From assembly GCA_001552015.1 (NCBI GenBank), contig CP010514.1:30001-62000 (forward strand): DNA of 32,000 nucleotides. Direction: 5' to 3'. The notes below the pieces were generated by a model. It had not been told where the DNA came from and made no database searches. It worked only from the letters and a program-made list of their open reading frames with translations. Numbering within the stretch: the stretch's first letter is position 1; each line of letters begins with the position of its first letter. The position numbers and the translations under genes are program-made. Positions 15,841 through 24,528 of this stretch are shown here, piece after piece. The stretch is from Candidatus Nanopusillus acidilobi (GTDB lineage: Archaea > Nanobdellota > Nanobdellia > Nanobdellales > Nanobdellaceae).

Positions 15841-16956
15841 ATGGATGATGAATTATTAGATGCAATAATAGCATCAATATTTTTAATAATTGTATCGTTA
15901 ATAGGAATATATTTTCCATATATTGTTACAAGAATATTTGGTACTCATAATCCTTATTTAATATTAGAAGTTGCTGGTTTTATTACATATTCAACATCAG
16001 AACCTGGAAATATGAGTGCAGCATTTTTAGTAACTAATGGACCAACCTTTTTCTATGAATTTAGGATAATTCCTCCAATACAATCATCCGCTCTGTTTAT
16101 TCCTTTATATAATAATAATGATTTTTTAGTTAGTATTGGAGTATGCTATGTACGTGATTTATGGCAACAACTTGCAGATGATGCACTAAATTCTTTTATA
16201 GCTGAAGGACTTTCATATTTACCAGGATTAAAGAGTTTTGGTTCAACAAAATCTATAATAGAAGTTTTAAATGGCATATCTAAAAACATACCAGCAATTG
16301 CTAAACAAGCATTAATAAATTTTGGCATTGCATATACTTCATATACAGAACAATCTGCATATTTGCAATATTCATATGGAAATCATAATATATGGGGAGA
16401 TATTTTTAATGCATTGCAATCTTCAGTAGGGCCTTCTTTATGGGCTGCTGGAGAAGCTACTATAATGCAAGTTGTAGATATGGTATTAGATGAAACTTTA
16501 CCACCTCCAGCCGATTTTGTAGCTGGTTTTGCATTTAATATGGCATTTTCCTCAGCAATCACTTTAATACAATATTGGCAAGCTACAACAAATCCATATA
16601 CATATTGTTATTATAATCAATTTATAAGTCAAGGTAAAACTTTTTTTGGTCTACTTCCAAATGGTAAATATACAGTATATCAACCATATTTAACATTATC
16701 AATATATTATAATCCAAATTTCACATTTTATAATGGATGTTATGGTAATGATAATGATTATTATTTATGTAATACAAGCTTTACATATATCTATAATTCA
16801 ACTGAAGAATCAGAAGATAATATATTTAAATTAGATTTAGGAAATATAAATAATGAGGGTCAAGAAGAATTTCCAGAGTTTATTGTTATATCAAAGGTTG
16901 GTGTAGAATATGGAGGCCCATATCTAAATATATCAGTATTATCTTCTGAAACATGA
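15841..16956 (+). CDS. 371-aa exported/membrane protein, function unknown
   Basis: MDDELLDAIIASIFLIIVSLIGIYFPYIV at the N-terminus. The central part is less AT-biased (A/G/L-rich). 4 Cys. There is a 1-nt spacer from the upstream gene and an ATGA overlap downstream. Confidence 0.7.
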   Translation: MDDELLDAIIASIFLIIVSLIGIYFPYIVTRIFGTHNPYLILEVAGFITYSTSEPGNMSAAFLVTNGPTFFYEFRIIPPIQSSALFIPLYNNNDFLVSIGVCYVRDLWQQLADDALNSFIAEGLSYLPGLKSFGSTKSIIEVLNGISKNIPAIAKQALINFGIAYTSYTEQSAYLQYSYGNHNIWGDIFNALQSSVGPSLWAAGEATIMQVVDMVLDETLPPPADFVAGFAFNMAFSSAITLIQYWQATTNPYTYCYYNQFISQGKTFFGLLPNGKYTVYQPYLTLSIYYNPNFTFYNGCYGNDNDYYLCNTSFTYIYNSTEESEDNIFKLDLGNINNEGQEEFPEFIVISKVGVEYGGPYLNISVLSSET

Positions 16957-17789
16957 GATCATTATCCTTAAAAGATATAATTGAATATATAGCTGCTGCA
17001 GTTGTTATAATATTTACATTTTTTATTGTAGCAATATTATATGCGTTTTTTAATATTGAATCATATTCAGAATATACTTATCAGCAATTTACTAATAGTT
17101 TATTGATTGATAGATTAAATTATTGTTTATATGAAAATACAGGAAATCCATTATTATTATTTTATGCTCCAAATTTGCAGATTATTAATGAATATAATAA
17201 TACATATCAACAATGTTTCATGAATGTATCTGGAACACTTTATTATTATATTAATCAAACAAATCAATCAGATCAAGTTAACTATACATATCTAAATTTT
17301 TCTTATGATGATTATATATATTTCTTTTTCTATGATATTAACAATATAAATAACTCATATTCTTATGATCCATATAACCTTAGTTTTGAAAATGATATAA
17401 ATGTAAATCCAAATTATGTTGCATATAATATTAATAATGTTAGTTATACATATGATGGAAGTTTAGCATCTTTAGATCAGTTTTTAATCAATTATTTCTA
17501 TAATTATAGTTTATATATATTTAATGAAACAGAAAATGCATATGAAAACTATCAAATTATAAATAATACTGCAATATATTATGCTTATGCAGATGGGGAT
17601 TATTATAATGAAATATATATACAACCAATAGCTTCATATTATATTACTTTACCAGAATATGATAGTGGAGAACCTGTAATAGTATCTTTATATGGAGTAG
17701 GAAATCTTTATATGAATGGAATATATAATGAAACATGTAATACGATTGCCGGAGGCCAAATAAATATATCTTCTTGTCAAATTAATTAA
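16953..17789 (+). CDS. 278-aa exported N/Y-rich protein, function unknown
   Basis: MRSLSLKDIIEYIAAAVVIIFTFFIVAILYAFF at the N-terminus. 4 Cys and many sequons. Confidence 0.7.
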   Translation: MRSLSLKDIIEYIAAAVVIIFTFFIVAILYAFFNIESYSEYTYQQFTNSLLIDRLNYCLYENTGNPLLLFYAPNLQIINEYNNTYQQCFMNVSGTLYYYINQTNQSDQVNYTYLNFSYDDYIYFFFYDINNINNSYSYDPYNLSFENDINVNPNYVAYNINNVSYTYDGSLASLDQFLINYFYNYSLYIFNETENAYENYQIINNTAIYYAYADGDYYNEIYIQPIASYYITLPEYDSGEPVIVSLYGVGNLYMNGIYNETCNTIAGGQINISSCQIN

Positions 17790-17795
17790 AGTACA

Positions 17796-18293
17796 ATGAA
17801 AATACAAATTGGTTTCTTTTTATCATTTATGGTTGCAATATTAATTATTATAGTAGTATTCTTTATATTTATTTTTGGTATATTTTCATATGGAAATCCA
17901 ACACTAAATAATATTGCAGATTTAAATACTGTTGGTATTGAATATAAATCTGCAAATGGTTTTTTAGATTCTTTAATTTACTTTGATAATGTAACTGTTC
18001 CTGTAATAGATATATATGCAGGGTTTTATAATGATACAGAATTGGATAATTATATAATAAATGAATTGGTAAATGATGAATTATATTATTTAAATAATTC
18101 AGCTACAATTTTATCGTTCTATTTAAATAATTATACAGTTATTGGAGTATGCCCAAATAAAGAATATATACCTTATAATGTTTATTTAGATGGTAACTTT
18201 TATACATTCTATGTTTGTCCGCCAACAGTATTATATAATTTTTATGTAAATTACAGTTATAATATATATAGTTCATCTAATCAATTAACTTAA
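17796..18293 (+). CDS. 165-aa exported protein, function unknown
   Basis: MKIQIGFFLSFMVAILIIIVVFFIFIFGIF at the N-terminus. 2 Cys (GVCPNK, YVCPPT). Confidence 0.65.
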   Translation: MKIQIGFFLSFMVAILIIIVVFFIFIFGIFSYGNPTLNNIADLNTVGIEYKSANGFLDSLIYFDNVTVPVIDIYAGFYNDTELDNYIINELVNDELYYLNNSATILSFYLNNYTVIGVCPNKEYIPYNVYLDGNFYTFYVCPPTVLYNFYVNYSYNIYSSSNQLT

Positions 18294-18324
18294 AGTTAAT
18301 AATTTTAAAATTCATTGATTTTAT

Positions 18325-19830
18325 ATGAAAACATCTTTAGCACCATTAGCATTATTAATAGGAGTAATAATTTTAGTTCTCTTTGGTATATATTATTTAA
18401 ATTCTCAGATGGAACTTTCAACTCAATCTTTAAAATATTTAAGTGAAGATTATATTGCATATCAGGGATTTTTATATTTATTATTTGTTTATATTCCATT
18501 TGATATTAGATATAATTTAATAAATAATCTTTTAACAAATATTTTTTACCCTGTTTATAATCAGGGTTATGTATTTGAAAATAGTATTCCATATTATTAT
18601 TATTACTCTTGTGAAATTCCTTTTTTATTTAAATACAATATAAGTAACTCTATAATTTATCCTGTTTATTCTATTGGAAATAATTATTATATAAATTATT
18701 CATTATGTGTTCCAATAATTCCTTTAGATAATTTAAGTGATATAAATAATAATATTTTTTATAGTGTTGCAAATACTGTAGAGAAAAATTTAAACGAAGA
18801 AATTGGAATTTTAAATTTTAAATATGCAAATTTTTCATATCAGGATTTTTATTATGACAGTTCTATTAATAGTTTTGTATTATCAAATCCTCAATATTCT
18901 TTCTTTGTATTAAGCAAATATGAAAGAAATTTATCTTTTCCTCAATTAAATAATCGAATAGATTATTCAGTATACCCATTTTTATTATATTATAATGAAT
19001 TAATTGATTATTTATATAATCAAACATTTCAATTCATATATTATAATTTAACAAATCAATCAGATTATATATATTTATATCAAAATTCGTATTCTAATGA
19101 AACAGTTGGTGATAATTTATACTTAGATTTGTCGTTTAATAATCCCTATTATTATGTTCTGGATTTGTATACATCTCAACCTATACCATCAGAATATCCA
19201 GGCATTACAAATGTAACAATTGTAATACCATGTGAATCTGTTGGACAGATCGTAAATAATCAATGTATTATAAATGATACATATAGTGAATATATGAATG
19301 AATGCTTATATTCAAATATAAATAATATATTGTTAAATTATCAATCATATAATATAAATAAAGAGAATATATTCAATGAATATTGGTATAACATAACTAG
19401 TGTAAATATTAGTAATGAAGAAAATGTAGAAGTTAATAGAAGTTTTGTTGAAAATATATTAGAAAATTATACATATTATACTGACGGATATTATCCAGCT
19501 TTAATACCTGTAGATCTTCAAATAAATTATAGTAATGTTAGTTGTTCTATATATAATGAAACATTACAATTTGGACCATATAAATATTATTCTAATTGTT
19601 CATCAGCACAAGACTATTTATCGAATTTATGTATAATTGAACACACATGCTATGCAGTGAAAGCACACGGATATTCAGGAGTTTATTTTTTTAATGCTAT
19701 ATGTCCTGTTCCAGAAACAAGTATAAATAATCAATTTACATACAATTACTATTTATATGAATTTGTAGAAATAAATAATGAAACAATAAATGATTATTGC
19801 GATAATTTATATTGTTATATAATAGGATAA
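18325..19830 (+). CDS. 501-aa exported Cys-rich N/Y-rich protein, function unknown
   Basis: MKTSLAPLALLIGVIILVLFGIYY at the N-terminus. 12 Cys, clustered in the C-terminal half. The last gene of the array. Confidence 0.7.
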   Translation: MKTSLAPLALLIGVIILVLFGIYYLNSQMELSTQSLKYLSEDYIAYQGFLYLLFVYIPFDIRYNLINNLLTNIFYPVYNQGYVFENSIPYYYYYSCEIPFLFKYNISNSIIYPVYSIGNNYYINYSLCVPIIPLDNLSDINNNIFYSVANTVEKNLNEEIGILNFKYANFSYQDFYYDSSINSFVLSNPQYSFFVLSKYERNLSFPQLNNRIDYSVYPFLLYYNELIDYLYNQTFQFIYYNLTNQSDYIYLYQNSYSNETVGDNLYLDLSFNNPYYYVLDLYTSQPIPSEYPGITNVTIVIPCESVGQIVNNQCIINDTYSEYMNECLYSNINNILLNYQSYNINKENIFNEYWYNITSVNISNEENVEVNRSFVENILENYTYYTDGYYPALIPVDLQINYSNVSCSIYNETLQFGPYKYYSNCSSAQDYLSNLCIIEHTCYAVKAHGYSGVYFFNAICPVPETSINNQFTYNYYLYEFVEINNETINDYCDNLYCYIIG

Positions 19831-20403
19831 AAGATTTTTATAAAATATATCTATCCTTTTTCTTACATTCTTTAATTTTTCATTTGCTTCTTTTACTAAA
19901 TTATAAAAATATTCTTTGCTTACTAATAATTTTCTATTTTTTGATACAATTGTTTCAATTTTTTCATTTCCAACAATTTCAACCATTACTCTTTTATCGT
20001 TTATTAAAAATATTCCAGAATGTTTAAATCCTGATTTTCTTGCAATATTTAATAATTCATATGCTTTTTCTATATTTTTTGAAGATACATGCAAAATAAA
20101 TGGTTCTTGTTTAAAGTATATTTTTTCATCATAATTTTTATATACTTCTAACAATTTATTCCATATATAATAGAAATTTACATAATAATGTGATTTAAAT
20201 AAAAATTCTGCATCGAATTTTTTTCCACTTTTTGGTATTTTTAATAAAATTATCCTGCCCGCACATGAAGATGTTGTAAAAAAGAAATCTAATGAATTAA
20301 TAAGATCTAAGATATGGTATATTGGTTGATCTGCTAAATATTTTTCCTTAGCTTCTTCAAGTTTTTTCATATGATATATTTTTAATTTATTAAATTCATC
20401 CAT
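19807..20403 (-). CDS. taw3: tRNA wyosine-derivative methyltransferase Taw3/TYW3 family
   Basis: 198 aa with the family motif LINSLDFFFTTSSCAGRI. Confidence 0.75.
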   Translation of the reverse strand: MDEFNKLKIYHMKKLEEAKEKYLADQPIYHILDLINSLDFFFTTSSCAGRIILLKIPKSGKKFDAEFLFKSHYYVNFYYIWNKLLEVYKNYDEKIYFKQEPFILHVSSKNIEKAYELLNIARKSGFKHSGIFLINDKRVMVEIVGNEKIETIVSKNRKLLVSKEYFYNLVKEANEKLKNVRKRIDIFYKNLLSYYITI

Positions 20404-20408
20404 ATATT

Positions 20409-20882
20409 ATGGATAAAGAAAAGATAATATTAAATATATTATTCCTAGCATTTTCTATACCAGTAATTTATCTAATATATTATTCATATTCAACATATTT
20501 TAGTGGAAATAAGATGGTAAATCCTGAAAATATATATAATTTATACATATCAAACTTTACTGTAAGTGGAGATTATTTTTCTTTTAATGTAAATAATCCA
20601 AACAATTATTCTGTTGAAATATATTTTTCATATTTAGGATTAAGAAATTCATATCAAACATCATCAATAATTACTTCTGGAAATTTTTTACAAAATATAT
20701 ATATAATACAACCAGGTAATCATATTACATTACAATATAATTTTGAATTGGATGAACAAACAAGATTGACAATTATTCAATGGGAAAAACTTGGTGGAAT
20801 TTTATATTTAACATTATATTATTCATCTGTAGGAAATAATTCTGTTAATGGAATAATAAATTATCAAATAGAAAAAAGCTAG
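20409..20882 (+). CDS. 157-aa N-terminally anchored membrane protein, function unknown
   Basis: MDKEKIILNILFLAFSIPVIYLIYY, then a beta-rich ectodomain. Its TAG stop shares the palindrome CTAG with the convergent dnaG stop. Confidence 0.55.
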   Translation: MDKEKIILNILFLAFSIPVIYLIYYSYSTYFSGNKMVNPENIYNLYISNFTVSGDYFSFNVNNPNNYSVEIYFSYLGLRNSYQTSSIITSGNFLQNIYIIQPGNHITLQYNFELDEQTRLTIIQWEKLGGILYLTLYYSSVGNNSVNGIINYQIEKS

Positions 20883-22066
20883 ACTTTATCAAGATCGCTT
20901 ATTGTAAATATCTTTACTTTATTGCTACTCTTTTGTATACTATCTATACATAATATATATTTTATACTTGTACTTTTTTCTATTTCTTCTAATAATTCTC
21001 TTGTTAATATTCCGTCCATTACTATATATGCTAGATTATTATGTTTCAATATTGTTTCATCCAATTTATCTACAGGTACTTTATTTAATATATTGAAGTT
21101 TTCATCCAATAATAAAGCCTGATCAGTTTTAAATATATCATTCATATATGGTTTTAATTTTTGTAATATTGGATCTTTTATTCTTTTTTCACTCCTAATA
21201 TTTTTTATGTCCTCAATATTTCCTTCTAATTTTTCATAATATGCCCTAATTTGATCAAATGATATCTTATTCTTTAATGCCTTTAATATTTCTTTTCCAG
21301 ATAATTCTTCAACTTCTCTTCCAGGTTCTGGTTTTGCTACAAAATCAATATCAACACCACTTAGCATGCATTCTTTTACTAATAAGTCTCCACCTCTATC
21401 TCCATCAAAGAATGTTGTTACAATTTTTTTCTTTGATAAATCAACTATTGTTTTTGGAACATTTAATCCATTCAATGCTATTACATTTGTAATTCCATAT
21501 CTTAATAGATTTAATACATCTGCTCTTCCTTCTACTAATATTATTTCTTCAGATTTATCTATATCGGGTCCTGCAGGTAATTTTTCAGGTCCATATTCAA
21601 TTAATGTTTTCATATTATGCGAATATTCTAAATATAATAGTAATTCTTTTGGATCTGGTAATTCTTCATTTATTAATTTTCCTAATAATTCTCTAGCTCT
21701 TTCCAATATTTGTTGTACTTTTGTTTTTCTTATATCTTCTATTTTTTGTACTTTTATTGTTGCATGTGTTGGTCCTATCCTTGTTACAGTTTCTAATGTT
21801 GCTGCAATTAATGCAGTTTCAAATCTATTTAAACTTGTTGGTATCCTAATTTCTCCAATTGTTTTATCATTTTCTACCTTAAGATCTACATCTATTCTTC
21901 CAACTTTTCCAGATCTTTGTAATTCTCTTAAATCCATTTCTGATCCTAATAGTCCCTCTGTTTGCCCAAATATTGCTCCTATTACATCTGGTTTCTCAAC
22001 TACTCCATCAATATATACTGATGCATGTATCATATACTTTATGTAAGGTGGTGAAGTCTTTGCCAT
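20879..22066 (-). CDS. dnaG: archaeal DnaG (TOPRIM primase-like, exosome-associated)
   Basis: 395 aa. N-terminus YIDGVVEKPDVIGAIFGQTEGLLG. TOPRIM motifs IILVEGRADVLNLL and FFDGDRGGDLL. Confidence 0.9.
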   Translation of the reverse strand: MAKTSPPYIKYMIHASVYIDGVVEKPDVIGAIFGQTEGLLGSEMDLRELQRSGKVGRIDVDLKVENDKTIGEIRIPTSLNRFETALIAATLETVTRIGPTHATIKVQKIEDIRKTKVQQILERARELLGKLINEELPDPKELLLYLEYSHNMKTLIEYGPEKLPAGPDIDKSEEIILVEGRADVLNLLRYGITNVIALNGLNVPKTIVDLSKKKIVTTFFDGDRGGDLLVKECMLSGVDIDFVAKPEPGREVEELSGKEILKALKNKISFDQIRAYYEKLEGNIEDIKNIRSEKRIKDPILQKLKPYMNDIFKTDQALLLDENFNILNKVPVDKLDETILKHNNLAYIVMDGILTRELLEEIEKSTSIKYILCIDSIQKSSNKVKIFTISDLDKV

Positions 22067-22162
22067 TATTAAATATTTTTAGGAAAGGTATTTAACTATT
22101 GAAATTTTTATACCTCCAGGTGGTATAATAATACTATAAAAAATGAAATCAAAATTTATTAT

Positions 22163-23281
22163 ATGACCTCATCAGAAAAAATAACAATAAGTGTTCTAAA
22201 AGCTGATATAGGAAGTTTAGTTGGAAATTCAACAATTCCAGAAATATTTGAAGAAACAGCTTCAGATATATTAGATAAATATAAGGGGGAAAAAATATTT
22301 GATTATTTTGTATCTCATGTTGGGGATGATTTAAATTTAATAATATTGCATAATAAAGGGGAAAATAATAGGGAAATACATCAAATTGCATTTGAAATAT
22401 TTAAGAAAAATTCTGAAATTGCAAAAGAAATGAATTTATATGGTGCAGGTGGTGATTTATTAAAAAATGAATTTACAGGTTCATTAATTGGAATGGGACC
22501 TGGAGTTGCAGAAATGGAATTTACATTAAGATCTTCAGAATCAATAATTGTATTTGCTGCAGATAAAACAGAATCTGGAGCATTTAATTATCCTTTATTC
22601 CAAATGTTTGCAAATCCATTTAATACACCAGGTTTGGTAATTGATCCTGATATGAGACCTGGATTTAGATTTGAAGTATGGGATCTATATAATCATAAAA
22701 GAATATATTTGAATTCTCCAGAAGAAATTTATGATTTATTATTATTAATTGGAACATCTGAAAGATTTGCTATAAAAAGGGTATATCCAAGATCTGATAA
22801 ATATCCAAAGGATGAACCTGTTGCAGTTTCTTCTACAGAAAGATTATATGAAGAGGCTGGAAGATATGCTGGAAAAGATGATCCAGTAATGATTGTAAGA
22901 GCTCAAAAAGGATTTCCAGCTGTTGGAGAAATATTAGAAGCATTTTCATTTCCATATATGGTAAATGGATGGATGAGGGGATCATATTGGGGTCCTTTAT
23001 TACCTGTAAGTTTAAAAAATGCGAGAGCAACAAGATTTGATGGTCCTCCAAGGGTAATTGCATTGGGATTTCAAGTAAAAAAAGATAAATTATATGGACC
23101 AGAAGATATGTTTGATGATCCAGCATTTGATTATACAAGAAATAAAGCATTAGAAATTGCAGATTACATAAGAAGACATGGTCCATTTGAACCACATAGG
23201 GTATCCTATGAAGATCTATTAACAACTACAGTAAACCCCATATTAGATAAACTAATTCAAAGATTTGAGGATATAAAGTAA
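22163..23281 (+). CDS. fbp: bifunctional fructose-1,6-bisphosphate aldolase/phosphatase (class V FBPase)
   Basis: 372 aa with near full-length family blocks: ISVLKADIGS, HVGDD, GMGPGVAEME, FANPFNTPGLVIDP, GKDDPVMIVR, GWMRGS, ATRFDGPPR and RRHGPFEPHR. Confidence 0.93.
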   Translation: MTSSEKITISVLKADIGSLVGNSTIPEIFEETASDILDKYKGEKIFDYFVSHVGDDLNLIILHNKGENNREIHQIAFEIFKKNSEIAKEMNLYGAGGDLLKNEFTGSLIGMGPGVAEMEFTLRSSESIIVFAADKTESGAFNYPLFQMFANPFNTPGLVIDPDMRPGFRFEVWDLYNHKRIYLNSPEEIYDLLLLIGTSERFAIKRVYPRSDKYPKDEPVAVSSTERLYEEAGRYAGKDDPVMIVRAQKGFPAVGEILEAFSFPYMVNGWMRGSYWGPLLPVSLKNARATRFDGPPRVIALGFQVKKDKLYGPEDMFDDPAFDYTRNKALEIADYIRRHGPFEPHRVSYEDLLTTTVNPILDKLIQRFEDIK

Positions 23282-23323
23282 GGAAGGTATTATTTTTAAA
23301 TATATTTTTTTTAACAATAATAA

Positions 23324-23632
23324 ATGGGTCTTGAATATATATATGCAGTATGGTTATTGCATGAAGCTAAAAAAGAAATAAATGCAGATAATATAAAGAA
23401 GGTATTAACATCAGTAGGAATAGAACCAAATGATGCAATGATAAATGCTGTATTAGCAAGCTTACAGGGAGTTGATTTGGATAAAATAAAGGAAGAATCA
23501 TTATCATTTGCTCCAGCACAGCCTACTCCACAGCAAACAGAGCAAAAGAAAGAAGAAAAACAAGAAAATAAGGCAGAAGAAAAGAAAGAAGAGCAAGCAT
23601 TAGAAGGTTTATCATCGTTGTTTGGTTTCTAA
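23324..23632 (+). CDS. rpl12e: 50S ribosomal stalk protein P1 (L12e)
   Basis: 102 aa. EYIYAVWLLHEAKKEINADNIKKVL, a K/E-rich hinge, and the C-terminal LEGLSSLFGF. Confidence 0.9.
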   Translation: MGLEYIYAVWLLHEAKKEINADNIKKVLTSVGIEPNDAMINAVLASLQGVDLDKIKEESLSFAPAQPTPQQTEQKKEEKQENKAEEKKEEQALEGLSSLFGF

Positions 23633-23667
23633 AATTTATAAATTTTTATATATAATTTTATTTTAAG

Positions 23668-24528
23668 GTGACTGATTCAGATAAGATTTATAGGGGCATT
23701 ATCTTGGCAAAAAAGGAATTGATTAAGTTGGGAGAGGAGAAGGAAAATTTATATTCTAGAAAGAAAGCATTATATAAGGAAAGAAAGGAATTACTGGAAA
23801 AATTGAAAGAATTGAGAAGTAAGAAAGAAGAATATAGTAAAGTATTGGATAATTTAATGGAAGAAAGACAAAAAACATTAGAAAAGTTAGAAGAATTAAA
23901 GAAAAAATTGGATGAGATAAAACAAGCAAGAAAAGATATATTTAAGAATAAAGATATTGCAAAAGATATAGGTAAATATAAAAAAGAGTTGGAAACATTA
24001 GAGTATGTTTTACAGACTGAAGTTTTATCATATTCCCAAGAAAAGAAAATTTGGAACAGAATAAAATATTTAAGAAAACTTTTAGGTAAATATGAAGAAA
24101 TATCTTCTGTTTTACAAGAAATTGATAAATTAAAAGAAGAATATAATGCTTATAGATCTAAATTATCAATAATAGGTCAAAATATTAGAAAAAATATCGA
24201 TGAAAGAAAGGTTATAAAAGAACAAATAAAACAAATAAAGGAGAGATTAACACAGATAATGGATGAATATAATAAACTTAAAGAACAAATAAAACAAATA
24301 AAAGATAGAATAAGAGAGCTTGAAGATAAATTAAATGAAGATTTACAAAGATATATAAGTCAGAGATTACAAAAACAAACAATTGAAATATCAGATGAGG
24401 AAAAGAATAAAATAATTGAAGAATATTCAAAGATACAACAAAAAATTATGAATGGTTCTGAGCTATCAATGGATGAAATATTAGTAATGCAAAAATATGA
24501 ATTATTAAAGAAAAGGGGTGCAATCTAA
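23668..24528 (+). CDS. all-coiled-coil protein (archaeal COG1340-like)
   Basis: 286 aa with a GTG start. K/E/L-rich heptad-like sequence throughout and no catalytic motif. Its 3' end overlaps alaS by 11 nt. Confidence 0.7.
   Translation: MTDSDKIYRGIILAKKELIKLGEEKENLYSRKKALYKERKELLEKLKELRSKKEEYSKVLDNLMEERQKTLEKLEELKKKLDEIKQARKDIFKNKDIAKDIGKYKKELETLEYVLQTEVLSYSQEKKIWNRIKYLRKLLGKYEEISSVLQEIDKLKEEYNAYRSKLSIIGQNIRKNIDERKVIKEQIKQIKERLTQIMDEYNKLKEQIKQIKDRIRELEDKLNEDLQRYISQRLQKQTIEISDEEKNKIIEEYSKIQQKIMNGSELSMDEILVMQKYELLKKRGAI

Noticed and set aside
8063-19830. The island as an integrated provirus or other mobile element
   Set aside because: I see no integrase, transposase, packaging ATPase, capsid-like or replication gene. 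There are no flanking direct repeats and no tRNA-3'-end duplication. Composition is the same as the flanking core genes, and housekeeping genes abut both ends. This cannot be fully excluded without database searches, but nothing in the sequence supports it.
14907-19830. Apparent sequence similarity among the N/Y-rich bodies of the 278-, 165- and 501-aa proteins
   Set aside because: The resemblance is compositional (runs of N, Y, I and S driven by AT bias). I could not find colinear conserved blocks by eye. Only the N-terminal helices and the GYALS module (reported separately) look like genuine shared elements.
21366-22046. 226-aa plus-strand ORF, together with 20922-21122 and 21259-21492, lying inside the dnaG region
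   Set aside because: These ORFs are antisense to a gene with an unambiguous archaeal DnaG match over its full length. Their translations are low-complexity S/F/I/L-rich strings with no motif. They are shadow ORFs.
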